Shown: positions 36,764 to 53,068 of the stretch, in pieces | Layout of the letters: each line of letters starts with the position of its first letter | Position numbering within the stretch: the stretch's first letter is position 1 | Program-made: the position numbers and the translations under genes | Assembly (NCBI GenBank): GCA_009103225.1 | Contig: RHPI01003491.1 | Span: 162,450 to 226,449 of the forward strand | Length of the DNA stretch: 64,000 nt | Source: Chlorokybus atmophyticus | Taxonomy: Eukaryota > Plantae > Mesostigma and Chlorokybus algae | Direction of reading: 5' to 3' | The notes under the pieces: model-generated | What the model was told of the DNA's origin: nothing | The model's input: only the letters and a program-made list of their open reading frames with translations | Database searches by the model: none

Positions 36764-37094
36764 ACGAATGTCGGCGGGCACGCTGCGCTGTCACTGACAA
36801 CATCACGTTATGGTTGGAGTTTAACCCCCAACTATATATATTCATGTGTAATGATATCTAATAAACAGCCGCCAACACTGTCGACATCGCCCGTGGACTT
36901 TATCTTGTCCGTTGTGCCTCCTTGCGAGTCGTCATCTACACAGTTGTGAGCACAACCACTCTAGTTGTAGGCCTACAACCGGAGTGTTGTGGGGCGTACG
37001 GTGGTTGTGCTCATCGCTGTGTGCCCACATTACCACATTGTGTGAACATCACCACACGCCCCCAACCCATTGTACCTGCATCTCTGCTGTGTGT

Positions 37095-37140
<46 letters not shown>

Positions 37141-37614
37141 NNNNNNNNNNNNNNNNNNNNNNNNNNNNNNNNNNNNNNNNNNNNNNNNNNNNNNNNNNNN
37201 NNNNNNNNNNNNNNNNNNNNNNNNNNNNNNNNNNNNNNNNNNNNNNNNNNNNNNNNNNNNNNNNNNNNNNNNNNNNNNNNNNNNNNNNNNNNNNNNNNNN
37301 NNNNNNNNNNNNNNNNNNNNNNNNNNNNNNNNNNNNNNNNNNNNNNNNNNNNNNNNNNNNNNNNNNNNNNNNNNNNNNNNNNNNNNNNNNNNNNNNNNNN
37401 NNNNNNNNNNNNNGGGGGGGTTGTCTTGGAGCCGATCGTCTTGGTGGTTTGATTAGCAGCACACAGGTTGTGTCGCCATCATAAAGAATGTACACACACA
37501 CACACACACAACTATAAAGCATCGGCAGTGGTGTTTGCATCAGTATCAGTACCATAGCATCGTATTGTATCAGCGTTGTCTCAGCGCAGATCGATCAGAA
37601 CACTTGTTGAAATC

Positions 37615-40600
37615 ATGGCTGGGGTTACCGCTGCCATGTTGGGTGTGGGTGTGGGTGTGGGTAATCTCTCTGCTGTGGGTAGTGTGGGTCTAGGGTGCAG
37701 GGCCAGAGCCAGATTGACGCAGAAAAGGGTAGTGGCCACAAAGGGCAGAGGCTTTGCATTCCGTGTGCAAGCCAACAGCAACGACAACGACAACAACAAC
37801 AACAACAACAACAACGGTATCAATGGCATTGATGGGACGAAGGACGTGTATGCGTGGAGCAGGGCGGCCGCCGCGGCTGAGGAGGCCCAGACCCTCGGTG
37901 ACAACAACCACAACAACCATGCTACGAATTCCAGCAACTGGCCAGGGTGAGGCACCGTCGGTTGACAGTTATGCGCGGGTGCTCGCGTGCGTGGGTATTC
38001 CTCTGTGTGCACGCACAGAGACCGAGCGCGTGCGTGCGTGCGTGCGCGTGCATGAACGTATGCGCGTGCGCGTGTTGTGTTGCGCTCGCACTCGCCCAGA
38101 CACACCCACACCCACAACACACACACACTCCTCCTCCAGTATCTTGCCCGAAGTCCGCGGCCGCGTGGCCCTCGTCCTCCCCGACCCCTCCCTGGCCGCG
38201 TCCGACTTCGCGCTGCTGTGGACCGAACAGGACAGGAGGGACTTCTCGGAGGTGGCGCAGGCCGTGGGAAGACTCGAGGGAGTGGAGGAGGTAATATGGT
38301 TATCATCTTGGTGCGGACGTTGTTGTTGTTGCTTGTTTGTACCGAAACATGTATCTCTCAGGTTGTGGAGCTTGATAACCATGCGATCCTGGTGCAAGAG
38401 TTACTCGACAACCCTCCCGTCCTCGCATTCAACTGCCTCCAAGTGAGTTGCTGTGGTTGTTGTGGTGTATGCCCACACAACAACAACAACCAACAATCAC
38501 ACGCACACACACACACACTTCCCTAGGAGGGTTGGCGTAACCGCGAGTCGATGGAGCTCCACGTCCCCGCTCTGCTAGATACGTTGGCCGTGCCGTACAC
38601 GGGCAGCGGGGCCGACAGCATCGTCATCACGCAGAACAAGGGACTGGCCAGGGGAGCACTGGAACAGGTGTGTGTGTGTGTGTGCGCGCGCGAGTCACAA
38701 CATGTCAGATTGTTTAAACTCACCAGCCACATGGCACACGTACGCAGGTTGGTGTGCCGGTGCCATTTGAGATCTACATTGCTCCTGGCGAGGACATTGA
38801 CGACGCCATCCCGCGGGTGAGTGTTGTAATACAATTCTCTCCCCACTATGTGTTTCTTATGTGTTGACCAACCAGCAATGACACGTGCAACCCGACAACA
38901 ACAACCACCCAACAATAACACCTCAACAGAGTGGAATTCCCTATCCGGCGTTTGCCAAGTACAGCAATGCGAGCAACAGCCTCGGCATCAGCGAAGCCAA
39001 CATCGCAGGTGGAGCACGTTAGGCCATGTTGTTGTGTTAGTAGTGTGTCGGCACAACATCAACGACAGGTGGTGTGTGCAGTTGACCGCCACGCTGCTAT
39101 CGCTGTGCTGAAGCAACTGCGCGAGCGCGAGCCCAACCGGCCCCTTTTGTTGCAAGTGAGTGCATGGTGCACACAACACGACAACTACAGCACTCTCACC
39201 ATGTGTGGTACATGGACGTGTGTGTTGATGTGCACAATCTGCAGGAGTATCTGACTGGGAGGGAAGTGACTGTGGCATTCATAGGCAACGAGTCCACTGG
39301 CAACTTCAGGTACAAACGATGACAGCAACATTTGTGGCAACATGTGTGTGAAGTAGTAAAGCACATGCATACGCGTACACACACGCACGCGCACATACAC
39401 GTAAGAGCGTGTGCGTGCGTGCGCGCCCCACGCTCTTACGCACTCACTATCACACACAAGCACACATACACCAACACACACGTACACACACGTACACACG
39501 CGCAGGATGTTGCCTCCCCTCGAGTTGGACTTCTCGGCGCTCGACTCCTCGTGGGGTCCGCTCCAGCTTGAGAGAGTCAAGAACAGACCCGAGCTGTCCT
39601 TCTGGGAACAGGCATGTGTTGTTGTTGTTGTTGTTGTGTACAACCTGATACACGTGTCACACACCCACACGTTCTTATCAGTTGAATGCTTATGTGTATT
39701 GTTTATATGTGTGCAGACCAAAGAAGTGCCGGCTGCCATGAGCGCGGAGGAGATGGAAGAGCTTGAGAGCATGATGAAACGCATCGTTGCAAGGCAAGTG
39801 TTAGTATTGTTGTTGCTGTTGCTGTTGTGGCGGTGGTTGTTGTTGTTGTTGTTGTTGGTGGTGGTGGTTGTGACACTTCATTCACTTCAAACAGGTGTAA
39901 CCTGAAGGATTATGCGAGGATTGACTTCCGTGCGGACAGCACAGGCAGGCTCAAGGTGCAGTGTTGTGCGTTTGTAATTGGATTGAGAAGGAAACCGACA
40001 TCCGATTGTGACGCATCGCGTGTGTGCATATACGTTGTTGTGTATGGCAAGTGCGCATGTGTTTGTGCGCGCAAGCGTACAGGTGTACACACGCGCGCGC
40101 AAGCACCCACGCGCATACACATTCTTATTCAGGTGATGGACGTCAATGCTAACTGCTGGCTGGGCGGCAAGTTCCGCAAGATGGCCGAGTGGGGAGGCCT
40201 ATCCTGGGAACAGGTGCACATACACACCTTATACAACACTAACACTATCCCTCATATATTGCAAACTTGTGTGTGTTTCTCCTGCATTTGCACTAACTGT
40301 TGTTGGTATTGCCACACATGCAGGCGCTCGACACCATTGCGCGCAGTGCACTCGCCCGCGCCAACCTTGACAGCTCTTTCCAGGTAAGCAGCAGTAACTA
40401 TCATAGCTGTTGTCATGTTGTGATGTGGTGTTATGGTAGTGATAGTGATGCAAGCATCTGTGTGTGTGTTGGTCACACAGAGGAGGGAAGATGGCAAGAA
40501 GCTTGCTGAGCTGTCGGCAAAGAGGCGTCTGGCCATGACTGCCATCATCGAAGAACGCGAGGTGAGACTCCTTTTGGTAACACCTTTTGCATCTTTTGGT

Positions 40601-40973
40601 ACGCATGAGATACATCATAACACAACACCCACACATGCAATGTCGTGTGTGTGTGCAGAAACGAGAGGGTGCCAAGAAAAAGGCGGAGATGGTAGCGAGG
40701 CGCCGCGTGGCCGTGGCGGCGCTGTTCGAGGCGCGCAAACACAACAAGGACGTGACCGAGTTGCCGATACCATTGGATGAGAGCAAGCAGCCACCAACAC
40801 CCCAACAACAACCACCCCAACAACAACATGTGGAAGAGATCACCCAAAGTACACCCGCAACCACGCCCACACAGAAGAAGTACAAGGACGATGCCGAGCT
40901 CGTGGCGGCGAGGCGCATCGCCACCACGAAAATAATCATGGAGATGAGGCAGCAAGCGGCACAGAAGAAATGA
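37615..40973 (+). CDS. D-Ala-D-Ala-ligase-related ATP-grasp protein with predicted plastid transit peptide, about 16 exons
   Basis: Transit-like N-terminus (...RGFAFRVQA), then AFNCLQ|EGWRNRESMELHVPALLDTLAVPYTGSG...QNKGLARG, GVPVP, YPAFAKYSNASNSLGI, QEYLTGREVTVAFIGN, DYARIDFRADSTGRLK|VMDVNANCWLG. The exons join in frame, using two GC donors. Confidence 0.85.
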
Positions 40974-42219
40974 ACTGTCGTGTGACACTGGTTTGTTGTA
41001 GCATGTGTGAATTGTTGCGGCATGCGTAGTGCTCTACACGTCACACGAAAGTTGCATAAAGTAAGCTAAGGGCAAAACGTGTGTGCAAGTATGCCAGAAG
41101 GCCTTAAGCGCACTCACAAGCGCACTCACAAGTTCAACATACGCAAGACTGTGGCAAGACTCGCCAAGCCACAAACTGTCAATCTGACAATCATAACCAC
41201 ACCTACAGTAACAGGATACAGTAGCTCAAAGTAAGCCAAAAGGTTGAGACTACTGGTAGGGATATTGAGTGTGGTGGTCAGTCTAACTCAGTGTTAGCGC
41301 AAAGCAAGCAAACACAAGAGCAGTAGCAGTGTGTGACTTGTTGTTATATGCGCATCTCCAAGCTGCTTGCCTACTTCCAATCCGCCCTCGGCGGTCCCTT
41401 CATCAAGCGTTGCCGCAACTAAGTAAATCAAGCCGGGGTGTTGGTGCAATGCAGTGCTTGAACCATTTAAGCTAAGCCACCAACGCTAGACTCTAGGACT
41501 CTAGGACCCCTCAAGCAGCACGTAACAACGAGGTAGAACAGGGGTAGGCAGCAGATGACCACAAAGGGTGACAACCTGCAAGTATCGGTGTGGTGGCTGG
41601 TTGCTTACTTTGCCATCAGGCAGCTTCTGTGATGATAGCAACAATGGAGATAAGATCAGATGCCAAGGCTATGTTGTTGTGTGACGAGCGAGACGCTTCT
41701 TGTCAACGACTGCTGTCTGCTGCAGACGGGGGCACCGGCGTGGGAGGCGGATGCTGGTTAGTTGTTGTGTGCGTGGAGTTGTGGCGTGCAGCAGTTCGAT
41801 AGCGTGGGCAGTGCTGGTGCTAGGCATGGTCAGACTGTTTGCGAACCCTTGCGTGCCATTATACCGTAAGTGTTGAAGCTGCAGCAGCGGCATATGGCAT
41901 TGAGATGACGCTCAAAGTTCACCACTTACTGTGTAAGAGCATATATCTGTCAATGTGCATGGGTGCGGCTGCGAGTGCATTGAGGGAACGAGATGAGAAA
42001 TATAGAGGCCAGAACACTATGGCGTGCCCACAGCTGGTTGGCCTAGTGCATGTGCATGTTTGTGTGTGCATGCACTAAATGCAAGAGTGTATACCAACAC
42101 AATGGCATGCACCTATAACTGCATGGTGGGACACAAGCAAACAAACAATGAGTGCTGAGAAACCAAAATTTGACCGCAACTGCAATGTGCGTTACCACTG
42201 CTGTATCGCAACACTGCCG

Positions 42220-45200
42220 TCACAACCGATTGTCAAGATCATTGACCTTGTAGATCCGGACAATCCAGTTCCCCGTCGTGTAAGCCTCCTCTAAGTACTC
42301 CAACTCAAAATCCTTGAGACCAATGTCCGTTTGCCGCACACGATCATACCTGCTACATCGACAACAATGAGTCTGTGTTTAACTCAGTGCTATTTGTTGA
42401 CTGCATAGTGACTTATAACTGCATGCGCATAAACCAGAACTTGCGATGTCACTTGTTCAGTAGGTTACCCTTGGGGCTTGCTATACTCTGTCATCACATT
42501 CCCAAAACGGTAGTAGCATAGTTTGTACCTGCAGCAACAACCAGGAGGAGATCAATCAACCAATTTGATTCCGATGCGTGAAAGCAGAACATGTGCAACC
42601 GGCTGTGTAGAGCGCGTGCGTCTGGAGGGCACTTACATGAGTGAATTCAGCAATGCTGGAGCGGCCTGCGCGTCTACCCGATAGTCGCCTTCATTGAGAT
42701 AGTCCTCCTCTTTGATCACGGGGAACACACCTCCACCAATGCGCACCATCCATAAGAACCTGACCACATAAATTGCATCAACTCTCTGATGCTTGAAAGC
42801 AAGGATACACGTGTGCGCACAAAGCTAGCTGTTAGGAGAACAAGCATATGTGTGCACACATGCATACCTGCGTGCACACACATGTGCCCATGCGCATACG
42901 CGCACTTGTGAACAAGCACGTGCGCACACACGTGTGCTTTTGTAATACCGCTTGTCTACATGGACGTGTGAAAAGCAGGCCCATTGCATGCTTACATCAA
43001 GACACCAGCGCTCACTTATTGATGTCATCCGATGCATAGCCCGTTAGCCCGCCGAAGATGACCAGCACATAGTCCACGTCGAGCTTCCTCATGATTTGGT
43101 ACGCGTCCTTCTCCGAGGACGCCATAGCACGTCCGACGGTGGCGATGTGGGTGTTGTTCCAGGTGTTGTTATCGACGAGGACGGTGCGGTTGGCCATGGC
43201 GGTGATCTGGTAGCCGTAGTCCCACCACGACATCACGCGCGCGTCCGGAGGGGTGTTGCTGCGAAGCCAACTGTACGCCTCGCGGAAGTCGTCGAAGATG
43301 ATGCGGCTACCATCAGACTGCTTCGCCGCGAGCACGATCGAAGGAGAAGAGTACGCCTCCGACGTCACCCACGTGCAGTGCCCCGCGAAGAATATCAGAA
43401 GGATGCAGCAACCTGTCATCAGGAGACCAGTAAGCACTCCCTTTCATTATCTTCATGCATGAGCAATATTGAATCAAAACAACATCATTAGCATGAACGT
43501 ATCAACAATAATTCAACAAGCATGCGCACACCAACACAACACAAGCGCAAGCGCAAGCGCAAGCGCAAGCGCAAACGCCTAACTGTGTCCAAGTGCAAGC
43601 GCTATGCGTGCACGTAAACACACATATACACGTGCGCGCGCATGTGCATGCTTGGAGACACACGTGCATGTACACCCACATACGTACGCATAATCATTCT
43701 TGTTACACACTGAAAGACGTTGGCCAAGAACCATTTTCCAGAGTACTCACTGGCGAGGGCGAAGAATGAGACCTCCTTATTGTAAGGCAGACCCTTCTGG
43801 TCCGCAGCAGCCTTTTTGGAAGAGACCTTTTCAGCCTTCTCCGCAGCAGGCTTCTCGGGCTTCTCTCTCAGTTGCGTGGCGTACGATTTGAGAGTGGAGG
43901 ACATGCCTATGGCCGACAACAAGCACGCCGCGGGTGCCGCCACGAGCATGAGCCTCACCATCACGCCCGCAAAGTACACGCTGGTCATGCCGTACATCAC
44001 GACGAATATGTTGGCGTCAGTGAGCTTCTTGAAGCAGAAGTACAGTCCAGCTGGCATGAGAAAGGCAAGAATGTGGAGGTCGAAGAAAAAGGATGCCCAT
44101 GTGGTGGGCTGATGCTCGGAGACCGACGCAATGATGGGGATGTGGAGCTTCGCGTATGTTGGGTCCAACAGCGAGTAGAACCGGCCAGTCCATGGAGAGA
44201 TGTAACCCGTGGCGAGACCCAACACCACAGCCGCGGCTGCCACCGCCCCCGCTGCTGTGAAGATCAGCCTGAAGAAAGTCTTGAACAGCTTCGGGTCCAC
44301 CAGCTTGGACTTGATGTACAACACCAAATAGTACACCTGTTCACAAGAAAACGAGGGCCTTGTTGGTTACACACACATGAGACCTGTCTTGTGTACAAAG
44401 CTGTGCAGAGAGCACACGCACAGTGTGCACGTGCGCTTGCAGATGTGTTTGCATACATGTTCATGTGCATGTGTGCATGCTTGTGTGTGACATGTCATGG
44501 GTACAACCAGCGTATACACACCTGCAAGAGGGCAAACACTCCCATAGCAGCCATGTGTTCCCCAGACTGGACGTGTTGGAAGCCCACGAAGCGGATCTGC
44601 ATGGCGAGCAGCGTGCCAAGGATGTACACAGTGCTGTAGGCAATGTACAGCCGCATGGAGTACCGCCCGGAGATGAGCAGCACCAGCACATACAGCGGAA
44701 GGAGGTTGATGATGAAAATGTACCCGCCCCACGCCGACACCATGTAGAAGTAGGCAAATGAGGCCGCAAGAGACCAGGCTAGAGAGCCCGTGTTAACAGC
44801 CTGCAATGGTAATGTACCGGTCAACGCTATTCAGCAATGCTACTCATTGATTGCTACCCATACTTATATGCCGCACAAACCCACAGTGACATACCAGTGT
44901 GACAGACACATGGTTCATGTGTCTGTCACGCTCGTCTCCTGAGAATGATGTGTGAAGCAAAGCGACACATTTGCACCATGCTTTGTGATGATCACACACT
45001 AGTGATGCAAGTAATGAACTTGATGCTGAGATGATACACGCACACATGCGCGCACGCACACGCGCATGCGAACGCATGCACACATACACTTTCACGTTCA
45101 CACTCTGCAATATTGCCACTTGCCTTGACAAACAGGTAGAAGGTCAACAACAGGGCAAAGATGGCCACACCCTCGTTGTCAAAAGAGCCCGCAACAGAGC

Positions 45201-45984
45201 GTGAAATGTAGCCCGGCACGATGGCTATGAAGGCGGCGGCGAGCAACCCCGTGCTGGAGTCTTTCACCTCTTTGCCAAAAAAGTACGTGACCATCGCCGT
45301 GTTGGACGCGAAGAATGGTGCAGTGAGCACGCAAACCTCGCGGATGTGCACCGGCAAGGACAGCGCTCGCAGGATCCAATAAATGATTGCCGAAGTCCAC
45401 ATCAACCCTGCAGTTAACAAAGTGAGCGCAGGTGCAGGAATTGATACATTACAATGTTACATGCTTAAATACGCTGTGCAGAGGGCTTGTCTTTATGTTA
45501 TGACATGACGATTGGTGTGGTGCTTGCATCAATGTGTTTACACCAACCACCACTCATAAGCAATAACTCGCAACGCACAACACTGACACCAACAGCTGCA
45601 TGCCACTGTTCCAAGATGATGTATGCATACGTTGATGTATCATAGATACTGTGACACTGGTGCATGCATGTGTGTGCATGCACACCTACACAACGCAAAC
45701 ATACCTGGGTAAATGGTAAAGCCGATGATGCGTCCGAGGGGGTACCACGACTCATAGTCGAACCAGTTCCAGAATTCATAGAACCCTTTCTCCACCAGCT
45801 GGATGGTGCTGCGATAGTTGAAGTACGGGTCGAACTCGTGAATGACAGACTCAAATCGAAGCACGCTGAAGAGGCGGATCGCGAAGGCCAACACGTATAT
45901 GCAACACAGCGCGGCGATGCGAACGAGCATCTCCTGCTGCCGCGTGCCCATCTTAAAGGACATCAAGCTCTCTTTAATACCCAT
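42220..45984 (-). CDS. STT3B: Oligosaccharyltransferase catalytic subunit STT3B
   Basis: [83 protein letters not shown]|[34 protein letters not shown]...DNRL*. The short C-terminus fits STT3B rather than plant STT3A. Confidence 0.97.
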
Positions 45985-46883
45985 TTTGTGTGTGTCAAAG
46001 ATGGCTCCTTCAGGCAAGAAGTACTCTCAACAACAAGAACTACAACAATAGCAGCACGTGTTGCTAATCTGCTGCTGCTGTAGGGTCAACAACAAACCAT
46101 GGCTACGCCTGCCATAAGCTTCAAGCTCAAGGCTTGCGTGACCTGGGAATAAAAAGAGACATATGTCAGCTGACTGAGAAGATACGCAACGTGACTGACA
46201 GTTGCTTGTAGAGCAAGTGCAACTAGCTATTGAAGCTGAGACCACGAAGATGTCTTTGTTACGTTAGGCTTCTGTTTGTTGATGTGTATGCATGTGGAAA
46301 GCACAAGCACGTCATTGTCAATGCTGTACTATGCTTGGATGGCTGCTTAATACACTCCAGCAAGCGATCGCATTGTTCGCTGGAGTGGGGTTGGGAGTAG
46401 TCTGCCGCATGTAACTGGCATGCAGCCGACAAGCTGCATTATAAAGCTGCAAGCTGAACCATGTACAATGCGCATGGCAGCTACAACCGCTTGCAGGCCG
46501 TTGAAACTAGCAGCATTACCTCGACGAGCACCACAGCATCGACCTGCTCAACCACAATGCATGCAAATCCACAAACGCAGAACAGGTGACAGCGACCCGC
46601 CAGACAAACCTGAAAAAAAAGCTTCCGCCTTCGCTGTCTCCACGGTCTGCTCCGGCTCCTCCTCCTCCTCCTCCGTCGCCGCCGCTGCCGCCGCGGCGAA
46701 CTGCGACGCTGAGCAAAACCGTTACAAGCAGAAGAAACCCTAGAAGCGGAAAGTTAGCGACTCTCAACAGCACCTCCCACGCAAAGAACGGTCGCTAACG
46801 ATCGCTAATGATCGCTAGTGAATTTGACTTCTGCGGTAACCCAGCAGAAGCGGCAAGCTACTGTTGCATGCATGTTGTCAGCC

Positions 46884-48260
46884 ATGCAGGCGGCAGCGGC
46901 GGCGGTGGTGGCGTGGCCGTTGGCGGCGCCCTCCAGGCCGAGGTGCTTGCGACTGAGGCATACACGAAGGCGTGGAGCTCCCGCTCTGACGCGCAGCGCG
47001 GTCGTTGCGGCCGCCGCACAGGAAGGTGGCACCATCGTTAGGGAGGTAAGCAGGAGATGAGCGGGCCGCAGCTGTTTTTGTTGTATTGCGTTCATGCTAT
47101 AACTTGCGTGCCATCTGATGTATTGCGTTTTAAACATGGAGTGTACTGTGTAAAAACATGCTCACATGCTGCAGTCCTGATGTTTCGAACAGTATGACCG
47201 CAGCATGTCTTTGCAGGAAGTCCTTAGATGTCAGGATAAGTCAGGCAGTGCTCATTATGCATGCAAGTAATGTACGTGCATGAACATGCATACGCTTCTT
47301 GGGTCTGGCATGACATAGACTGCAACAACCCCTTCCCGCGCACTCAAAGCAGCAGTGTGCGCTGCTTTGAGGGCGCGTGAGTGTTGAAGGCATTCTTTGT
47401 GCACGCATTGCCGCAGGTCGTTTGTAAGTTGAGGTGACATCTACTCGTGTAAGCTTTACTCAATTACTTTTATGTGCTTTAGGTGTTGACGAGAGAGCAG
47501 CGCCAAAAGCTCAACACTCTCAGCGACAGAGACTTCTACGGCTCCCCACGTATTGTAAGCCTTATGCTCAACGCAGGGTCTGTTTCCTGTATACCACCAG
47601 CCTGTTTCAACATCTCACATGCAACACTCGTGTTAGGTCACACACGTGGACGATGCTTTCATCGCAAACCTCACCGAGCTGTACCGGCGGAGAGTGCCCG
47701 CCGGAGGGCGTGTATTTGACATGATGAGCAGTTGGGTGAGTCATCTACCTCCCGAAGTGGAGTATGCAGAAGTCATCGGCCATGGGATGAACGCCTCAGA
47801 GCTAACAAAAAACCAACGTTTGGATAAATGGTTCGTGCGGGACCTCAACGCAGACCCTGGTTTTGAGTTGGCGGACCAGAGTGTAAATGCCGTGTTGTGC
47901 GCCGTGAGCGTGCAGTACTTGCAGCAGCCTGAGAAGGTGTTTGCGGAGATATACCGCGTGCTGAAGCCGGGAGGCGTGTGCATCATGTCGTTCAGCAACA
48001 GGATGTTCTACGATAAGGCCATCGCGGCATGGCGGGAAGGCACGGGGTACTCACGTGTGCAACTGGTGAAGAGTTATTTCCTATCAGTCAGGGGGTTCAC
48101 GCAGCCTGAAGTGATTACAGAGTTGGAAAACCCACCTGCGCAGAGGCGGGACTTCATCTCTACTCTGGTGAAGCTCTTTCAGCGCTCTTCTAGTGACCCG
48201 TTCTATGCTGTAGTCAGTTATCGCAATTTTAAACCTGAAGATGCCGGAGAAACCATGTAG
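46884..48260 (+). CDS. Plastid-targeted class I SAM-dependent methyltransferase (cyanobacterial type), 3 exons
   Basis: Transit peptide MQAAAAAVVAWPLAAPSRPRCLRLR..., then DRDFYGSPRI|VTHVDDAFIANLTELY...DMMSSWVSHLP...GHGMNASEL...VSVQYLQQPEKVFAEIYRVLKPGG...SFSNRMF...KAI...DPFYAV. Confidence 0.9.
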
Positions 48261-49349
48261 TGTAGTTGTTGCTCTTTCGTTGGGAAGAGTTGTATGATAC
48301 ATACAGTGTATAGTTCGCGAGCTTAGGTTAGTGTTGTAGTGATTGTAAACCAAGCAAACCAGCTACCATCGCAGATTCCGAGGGTTTGCCAGCATGCAGC
48401 AGCTATGTTATGCCATACCTATTGCCACAGGCAAGTAGCTCCAACAAACTTGCATACCAAGTATCAAGAAGGCAATCAACCATAGTAACACAATTTGCAC
48501 ATTTGCACTACGCATTGTGACAATGGCGATCTACGACAACTGCGTGTGCACATTGCATGATCTAACACTGTCATTCCCTGCTATGTTGGTGTGCGCATAT
48601 CGCCACAGTGCGCGGGGCGGAGCCACGGCGCCTGGAGGGCTTCATCCGCATCTGCCGTCAGCGTGTGGCATGCACCTTGCAGGGGCGCAGGCGATAGCGA
48701 TCTTGGAGCAAGGAGCCGCGGCGGTGGCCGCAGTGCCGGGATGGGGTCCTGTACCGCAAGGCCCTTCAACTACCAAGGCAGGTGCCGCGCTTGCTTGGGA
48801 TGACAGCGTGTACATCTTTGGTTGTGTGTTGAGTGTGTATTGTTGAGCAGGTAGGTATGGTGGCAGCACTGACATTGGACGCTTGTACGTCAATGATAAT
48901 AGAGGTTGTGGCATTCACGCCGTCCCCGCCATGCCCTTGCACTTGCCCTTGCTGTTGTGACCGCTGGTGCAAATGGGCCACTAACCAGATGGCGCTGCAG
49001 GTAACCACGACTGCAACGTGTGCATGCATGACTATCAAGGGGGCGTAGATGTAGGTGTAGGAGTAGAGTAGGTAGCCTGGTGGTCATGTATATAGCAACG
49101 AGGTGAGTATGTTTTGCAGTGTTGCATGCGTGGTGTGGTCTGAATGGGCATACCCGTCTCGCTTTTCTGTACATAGGCACCAGCCCCCAGCGTAGCTTGG
49201 CCCTTGAGCTTGGGTGGTAAGAATGTATGTGTACAAAGAATGCAATGCGGTGATAGTGATAGTGACATGTAGGCAACCGCCATGCATGCATAAGACAAGT
49301 GTGCAACGTGTGTTGTGTAGGTCCTTGTTTCTCTATCTCTCTGTACAGA

Positions 49350-49401
49350 GAATACAAGCAAACGCGACACAATACATATTGTGTCGCGTTTGCTTGTATT
49401 C
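49350..49401. repeat. Perfect 25-bp inverted repeat with a 2-nt centre
   Basis: GAATACAAGCAAACGCGACACAATA-CA-TATTGTGTCGCGTTTGCTTGTATTC, checked base by base. Confidence 0.97.
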
Positions 49402-49897
49402 CGGACACCTCTACTACCATATATATGTTTGGTCTGTCATTGTTTTTCTCTGTCTCTCATGTATTACTGTTATGTCTGCTTGCATTTGGGGCCCCTCTTA
49501 TCCACACTTTTGCATACTACTGGTTTTTGGTCGCAAGGAGTTGCCAGAACTACCCACCAGGCTAGCCTAGGAGCACATTGCACCTTCTGGCTAGTCAAAT
49601 CAAGGCAGATGCAGAGCGGACGCAGTCCGTCCTAGCGTGGTTGTTAACATTATGGAAGCGTCATTTGTGACTGCCATGCTGGTTTGTAGCCTGCATGGTT
49701 TCTCACCCACTTAGCTAGCAGTGCGTGACAGGGCTCGCAGTGAGCAGCCCTGCCAAGCACAGCACTCTGCTTGTACTTGCCATACTGTCCAGAGTTGCAT
49801 ACCAGGGAAACTTGTATTCCACACAATCACGGTAGTGTCCACAATGTCCCCGACCAGTCTGGCAATCTAAGCACTAACCAGTGACTCGCAAGCAGGC

Positions 49898-53068
<3,171 letters not shown>

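Noticed and set aside
37615-40973. Canonical DDL for plastid peptidoglycan
   Set aside because: The GGxSxE and HGxxGEDG motifs are absent, so no ddl symbol was assigned.
41480-41893. Small minus-strand ORFs between the Ddl-like and STT3B genes
   Set aside because: No motif or convincing splice chain; probably 3' UTR sequence.
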